A stretch of DNA of 64,000 nucleotides from Zootoca vivipara. Lineage: Eukaryota. Below, in pieces: positions 33,652 to 64,000 of the stretch (position 1 is the first letter of the stretch; each line of letters begins with the position of its first letter). Under the pieces are notes generated by a model. That model did not search any database, had not been told where the DNA came from, and saw nothing but the letters and a program-made list of their open reading frames with translations. The DNA lies in NCBI RefSeq assembly GCF_963506605.1, contig NC_083289.1, positions 34,782,001 through 34,846,000 of the forward strand, in the 5' to 3' direction. Made by a program: the position numbers and the translations under genes.

Positions 33652-36600
33652 ATTTGCCATTTCATTTGTTCACATAAAAGATACAATATGCAGGGTGTCT
33701 CATTGCATCTGGTATGTACACCGCTGTTTGCAAAAGGACATATAAAGTGGAGAACGTTGGCATTTTCGCAGTTTGTATAGACAGGCTGTGTTTCACAAAT
33801 CCAAGCAGGTGCAGAAAAAGGATGGAGACTGTCATCTCAGCTGCTAGTTTTTCTGAGTTCATGGGCCTGGTGCAATCTCCAGGCTTGGTACAACTGCCAG
33901 GATCCAAGGGCCTGACTAGCTCACAGTCCCTTTACCTGACAACGGAAACAAAATAAATTGTGCACAATGCACACAGGCTGCAGAATTTAAAACAATTCAC
34001 TACAAGCAGCTCCACACATAAATAACAAGACAGCTGGCAGTATGGTTTGGGGACGGGAGACAGAATTTTCTTCAGCCTTTGGAAAGCTTAAGAAACAAAA
34101 CAGCCACGCTGCATTCCCAACATAGTTCAAAGGAAGCAGCCTTATACCAGGTAAACTATTTGCTCATCTAACAGAGTAGCTGTCTTATGCTGAGACAGAC
34201 TACTGGGCCTATCTGTCTCAGGATTATTGGTACTTCCTAGCAGCAGATTTTCAGGGTTCCAGACAAGAGTCTTTTCCCTGCCCTACTTGGAGATGCCAAG
34301 AATTGACCCACGGACTTTCTGCATGCAAAGTGGCTGCTCTGCCACTGAGTTATGGTCACCTCTTTGCCCTCTCTTTGAAAATAGAGAGAATGAAAACAGC
34401 AATTTGGAAACTGGAAAACAATTTTATTCAGCTGCTGTATACAAGATTAGCCATTTTAAACGTCACCTCCATCTTCCTCATAACCTAGAAAGGCCCCTGC
34501 CCCCCCCCACCCACCCACGACACACACAAAAATAAATTGCAGCTCTTCCCACACTCAAAGAAGCTGCTTTTCTAAGTTTTTAAGTGCCATCTGGTGGTGC
34601 ACATGCCCACCATAAACAAAAATCTCCCAAAAGGGTCAAAGCCAAGGCAGAGAGAGAGAGAGAGAGAGAGACCCAGTGCTCTTGTTCTTGTCCCACCCAA
34701 ACGCTGATAGACCCTGCCCTGCCATGGCTCTGTTTGATTAAGTTCTCTCACTGTTCAATGCAAAAGAAAAGAAGGGGAAGGAGGAGGGGGAAGAAATAAC
34801 ATTTCCCTGAGGCAAGAGGCTTCATGAGATTTCTTTCTAAAACAACAAGTTTCTGCTCCAGCCACTGCAAATGCACAGGTAGCTTTTGACAACAGAAGCT
34901 TTCAAGGGAGAGCAACAAGAGGGGAATTGCAAGTAGCTCAAGAAGGCCTCAATCCTGTCGAAATGATAAAACAGTTCTTACAAGAGGTAATTAGCACCCA
35001 GCAGGATTGAGGCCTGACCAGAAAAAGCAAAAACAAAAAAAACACGCCCATCTATTACAAACTTCTGTGCTTCAAAACTGGCAACCTTAACATTTGGTCT
35101 TTGGCTCTTTTACTACAACCTAGAGTTTTTATTATTCTTATTTTCTCATGGAAAGAATGGATATATTTTCATAAATACGCTTGAAATTATCCAATTCATT
35201 TTGTTGGGAAGATGTACAAATTAATTAGGGTTTATGTCCATATTTATTTGGACTTCAAAACAGGCATGTTGAAGGAATGAAGTTGGCCCCAAATTTGGTC
35301 ATAATCCAAGTAGAACTCATTGTGATTTTCTTTCTCTTTTTTAAAAATGGGGCTCACACCACTTAGAGGATCAAGAGCTTTCTGATACCAAGGAAGAACC
35401 AATGGGCTCTGAAGGGAAGGGAGTACCTTGAGGACCATGTGGTTTATTATGAACAGTTTTTGTTTGCAAGAGAGATGGCTGCCCCGAGGCTTGAAAAAGA
35501 CTGGCAACCCACTGGGCCCAACCTGGTCTATGGCATTCCAGGGACAGAAGAGGCTGCTTGTTCCAGCAAGCCTCTTTTCACAGGGATTGCCATATATGCC
35601 CCTCTTTGTGGCAATGTGTTTTATGACCTCTTTTCTCCCCAGTGCAAGCAGCATGCTGGGACAAAAAGGTCAAGTGAAGAGGAGGAAGGTTTAGTTAGTC
35701 CTTCAGCCCCCACCCCTCCCTGGTTCTCTTACACAAATTAGCCCACTGACCAACTGAGCTGTCAGTCGCCTCCTCAAAGCAAGGTATTTGTGACAGCTCT
35801 GAAGCACAACCACTTTCACTTTCCAGCAAAGAGCATTGGTTGGTGCTGGCCCTGATGAGCCTACACTACTCCCCAGACCCCCACAAAAGAGCTTAGCCAC
35901 CGAGCTTCTTAGAAAAGCCTGAGCAAGCTCTTAAATGAAGAGGGTCATGCCCAAATTCCAGTGATTGCACAGGAAAGGTTCTCAGAGGGAACTGCCCTGT
36001 CACCAGAATACAATGGTTCCATTATGCTGGTGCTAGCACAGCATCCCCAAATGGATAATGGTCCACAACCCAGTAGTCCTGCAGAGGGCCAGCTCCACAC
36101 ACCCATGTCTCTGTGCATTGGTATGCAGAATTCTTTCCTCCAGTAGAGCAAAAGTAGAGCTCTAGATTTCACCTTGCTTACGGAACACCTGCTGAAATCT
36201 GAGTCCGGGGCAATAGCTTTAGGGCAGAGATCGAGTATCTGTGGCCCTCCCACTCCCAGCAGCCCCAACCAGGATAGCCAATGGTCATGAACGATGGGGT
36301 TTGCAGTCCATCATCACCAGGTAGACTACAGATTCCCCATCCCTGCTTTTGGGGAAACTCGGGTCCACATACTCCACACCTACTGATCAATATCTATTTT
36401 GTACTCTGCTTGGCACTAGGCAACTCCACAAGGTCAAGTCCAGAAAGCGGTGTATAACTCCAGGGGGAAAAAGCTCTTATCAAATAAAGCCCAACACATC
36501 TTAAATACAGCTAAGAATTTTTGAGGGGGGGAAACAACAACAAAAGAGAGAGTCCACACAAAAAGAGCTTGAAATGTTTTGCACTCTTGCTCCACCATAA

Positions 36601-37307
36601 AAGGCACTGGAATTACGGCTTTGCTATACACAATGACATGCTGGGAAAGAAAGGGGACTTGTCCAATCCTATGCATTCAGTGGTAATGACAGGGCAGGGA
36701 AGAGGGCAGGATTGACCATACCAAAAAATAAAAGGCAGAGAAGCAAAACACAAAAAGATCAGAATGTCAATGTTCATGAGTGCATCTCAAGGCCTCACAA
36801 GTCTCTGTCCTTCTGAGAAGACCAATGAGCTGATTGACTTTACAAAAGATGCCACAGAGGAAGGTGGGTCTTCTTGGTTGACGTCAGCATAGCTTTATTA
36901 CAGGTACCGTAAAGGGGGGGGGGACCACTTGTGACTGTCACTCTTTGATTAGCTTAAGCCAGCCAAATAAACCGAAAACAGGAATGTTCAAGCACCTTCA
37001 CATAGTCCACTGGAAAATCAAGGAGTGAGAAACTGGATTCAGAGGTATGTGACAAGAAGGGCTTGGGTTGTCGTGCTCGGCTTCCAGGGCAGCTGCCAGA
37101 ACTGCACCAGTTAAGTGCTTCCTTTCTTAGTGCGAGGCACAGATCCCTGTGGAAAGGGACTGGTCCAAACAGGGAAGGAACCTCCAGATCGACTCCATTC
37201 AAAAAAGGAACGGGGGGGGGGGGGGAGGAGAGAAAGGGCACCTTGCGTCCGTGGCTTCATTCTGCAAGTCCCTATCAGGGCTTGTCATGTCCTCAACTTT
37301 CGAACTG

Positions 37308-60581
<23,274 letters not shown>

Positions 60582-61297
60582 GGCTAGACTTACGTTGTAG
60601 TTGCTATCATGGCATGGTTTCCAACAGACTCTAGGCCAAAGTCTGGACTAGTATATACATGAGGGCATCACCACTGAAAAACACGCACACACAGATGGAT
60701 GCCAAATGCAGAAATTAATAGATATGCTAGATTCCTGTGATTTAAGAAAAACAACGCAACAACCTCTGCTTTCATAAGAGGAAAAGAATAATCATCTCAT
60801 AGCCACACCACTGCAGGTTAGCATGTGGCCCTTGAAATTTATGCAGCACAACTCTGCTTCAAGCCAAACGTGAAGGAAAGAAAGAAAGAGCTTTCTGAAC
60901 AGAGCAACTTTTATGGAATCAGTTTCATTGTGACCTTGGCCGGAAAGGTCAGTTTGGGCTATGTTACCCCACGTCAGAGAATTTCCCACACTGGGAACTG
61001 ACATAATGCAAAAACCACTGAACACATATGCTGCAGTCTTCTGCTGAATACAAATGCAGATCTGCTAGCATTCAGGCCCAAATGAATCCAGATCCGTGGC
61101 GTGTAGATAGTACTCTGAAACTTCTTTCCAAAGACGTATCTTCATATTTCTACCTAAAAGACAAAATCAGAAAGTTCCAGCCACAAAAAAACAGCACAGG
61201 TGAACACACAATTTTTGTTCCTCCATGGACTATGTTTCAAATGAGGCCCGTCTGGCAGGTCTGGTGTTGTACTGACTAATGACTGTATCCTGTAACT

Positions 61298-61433
61298 CAG
61301 GTAGGGATACTCTAGCCCTCCAGATGTTGCTGAGCTACAAGTGTCATCAGCCCTAGCATGTATGGCCAATGGCCAGGGCTGATAGGAGCTGTAGTTCAGC
61401 AACATCTGGAGGTCCAAATGTTCCCCACTCCTG
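61298..61433. mobile_element. Older related hAT MITE. Further decayed copies at ~12250-12350, 19430-19540, 24800-24920, 32810-32920, 36230-36345, 38270-38380, 63375-63485
   Basis: ctccagatgttgctga.ctaca...tgtagttcagcaacatctggag core; TSD ctgtaact on both sides. Confidence 0.8.
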
Positions 61434-63749
61434 CTGTAACTGGATGAGATCTCTGAACGTCCAAGCAAATAATGTTTCCACACAAAACTCAATTACACAG
61501 TTGGATGCCATGAAATGTAGTAATTGCTACTAAACAAATGAAAAGCATTAAACTCAAAGAACACGCATGCCAAAAAATATTAGCCACAACAGGCAGAAAT
61601 GGAAGCTCCATGTTCAGAAAAAGCATGCTTGTCCTTACCAGTTGACAGAGACCAACCAATAAAAGCTTAGTCACCATTACACCCTCTCTGAGCACTCACT
61701 GGGGCACATTTGAGAACAGAGTGCTAAGCTACATAAACATTTGTTCTTAACCCAAAAAAGCAATTCTTACTTTTTGGGGATTGGCAGTAACCAATAGACA
61801 TGGTTTGGGCTCTGACAGATTGTGGATGCAAATGTTTCATGCCAATAGAAGATAATCAGCAAAATTATTACACAAAGTATTAGATGATCCATTCTCTAGA
61901 GTGAAAACTGGCAGACAGAAAGTCCTCTAAATAGTGTTAAGAGAAAAAGCCAATTGCGGCAGCTTGGATGAGGAACTGTCCCTAAATAAAATATCTACAA
62001 CTGGAGATGTTGCCGCTGAATGACTGACTGTTCAATGTACAGCAATAACATACGGTAGTACTTTGTTTCCCCATGACACAGAAAGTGAGATGCACACAAA
62101 CAACATGCTTTGGAGAATAAATTTGTGTGAGTCATGTCCCTGGGGGCACCTGCTACAAAGGTCTCTTACACATTCAAATGACTCTCCCACCCGTTGCTTT
62201 TGGAGTACACACCATGGAAAAATCTGTATCCACTGCCTTGTGGGACATCCTTGGGAGAAGAAAAGGCTAAGGAGTAAACCCTACACAAATCCGGAGTGGG
62301 GTCCCTAAGACAGTTGTCTTGTACAGTATGCCTCTTTCCAGCAACTCCTGCAGCTCAAGCTGGTGCCAAATGTATTGCTATGTTTCCCTCAGCAAGGCCA
62401 AGAGTGGGTTCTTGTTGTCTGGGTAATCCAAAAACCCCATACACACTGCCCAGGTTGGCACCCCGGAGAGATCACTTCAGTGCCGCTAACACAGCAAAAA
62501 CAATGCAGGAGGCAGCTGTTAAGAGTTACAAGTCTCTGCAGCCACAGCAAGCGCTGTGACTCTCCAGTGGTTTGACTTCACCCCTGGAGACACATTCCAT
62601 TGTCTCTCGAGACACATGGATGCAAACAACTACGCTCTGTTCTGCTCTGTCTTGACAGCATCACGTTGAGTGTCAGAACAAAACTCAACCACTTTCCTGT
62701 CAGTGCAATGGCACAATAAGAGGATTAGGTCTGCGAGATCCAAGTAGCCCAGGGATTCACATATAGCATTCCTTTGTTTACAGAACTTATTTCAGTTTCC
62801 AGAGAGTTAATGGAATGCATGCTTCTGGTCCCCATGGCAACAACGGGCCAATTTTTCTTTATAGTGTAGTTCACTGTAGCAAAGCTAAGCTCAAGCTCAA
62901 AAATAAGGTAGAAAAGTTGGCATGATGTGCTGCTTAGCAAAGCTGGGAAGTCCAAAGTTTAAATCGTATAAACTTAGAAGGCGGCCTTTGAACAACCCAC
63001 CCTTCAAACCTCACAATTGGGAATGCAGAGATAAAATCACTGGCTCACGTTTTATGACTAAAAGGATGATTGAAATAACATGTGTGGCGTGCTCTGGACA
63101 CTAAGGAAGTGTACCTAATGCAAGTACAAAGTATTTGGAACACAGAAATAGGTTAATTGCCTTGCAGGATCTGAACAAAGTCCACCTGCTTCAACATTCT
63201 CTCTCACACACTGTTAGGTTAGATGCCTGGCTGTTTCCTCTGGACTTGCCCCTAGTATTCAGAGGTACACTGTCTCAGTACTGTATAGGGAAGCCCCATT
63301 GTGCTGTTGTCTAAGACACCAGCAGCAAGGGTACAAGATCTATCTTGACATATCTACTTAACCCCCAAAGTGGGGAAATCTGAGGTCCAACTCCCACCAG
63401 CTGCAGCAACATGACCGATAATCCTCAGGGATGATGAGAGTTCAGAGCCCAAGAACATCTGGAGGTGTACAAGTTCCCTCCACTGCTAGTCTGATCCAAC
63501 GGTCCCAGTATCCAAAAGCTGCCAAGAAAGCTTCTCCAGGAAGCCCACAAAAGCAGAACCCTGGTCCTCCCCCCCACACCGTTATTTACCCACAGCATCT
63601 AGCGCTGGCATAGACTGCTACAGCACATGGAGGTTTTGTTTACAGACATCCCAGGTACCGGTAGTAGCTACTCATGTAACTCACTAGGGGTTTTCAGGTG
63701 TGGCGTTTAAGAGGCTGTGAAAAGATTCCTCCCCCTCTTCCTTGTTCAG

Positions 63750-64000
63750 GCTTCGCGGTATTCAATTCCCCTCCCCCGCACCGATCCATGCATCCAAAAT
63801 AAATGCAGAAGCACAAACGTCAATTTCCAACATTCTGCAAGGGCTGCCCACCCACGCGCACATTTCGCCTGCATCATGTATTAGGGGGAAAGAGAGGAGA
63901 AGGCCGAAGCTCATCTCTAAGTCCGGGTTAATCGGGCGCGGGGGTGGGGGGTGGGTGAGGGTTCAAAGACAAGGTGTCGGTTATTCCCAGCCGACGAGGT
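63750..64000 (-). promoter_or_regulatory. Edge of the CpG island / promoter region of UBN1 (non-coding exon 1 probably just beyond the window)
   Basis: Sharp rise in CpG and GC content (cgcgg, cccacgcgca, atcgggcgcgggggtgggggg) 3 kb upstream of the ATG exon. Confidence 0.55.

Noticed and set aside
34960-35017. Possible C/D box snoRNA (ATGATAA ... CTGA)
   Set aside because: Box C is imperfect, box D falls outside the terminal stem, and the site is not intronic.

Overview
Vertebrate (squamate) genomic DNA, very probably a lacertid lizard, judged from a Podarcis-type Sauria SINE, Squam3-like SINEs, CR1/L2 fragments and abundant hAT and Tc1/mariner MITEs. Two protein-coding genes lie tail-to-tail, as at human 16p13.3. 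PPL (periplakin, + strand) is present as exons 2-22 (5951..32292), with exon 1 upstream of the window. UBN1 (ubinuclein-1, - strand) has a complete CDS of 17 coding exons (60581..37308, 1152 aa by my splice), and its CpG-island promoter appears to begin at the right edge. All exon borders were read manually and stay in frame. I found no clearly new multi-gene system. The best leads are: (1) a solo LTR in PPL intron 7 whose U3 carries an ORF with three 19-codon repeats that vary mainly at third codon positions; (2) an interlocked bidirectional polyadenylation module where the PPL and UBN1 transcripts meet; (3) two GC-AG introns in PPL; (4) a candidate alternative last exon of UBN1; (5) a ~125-nt near-perfect intronic hairpin and a 14-bp 3'UTR stem in UBN1; (6) a cluster of uORFs just ahead of the UBN1 start codon. 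Repeat family names and comparisons with human come from recall, not from database searches.
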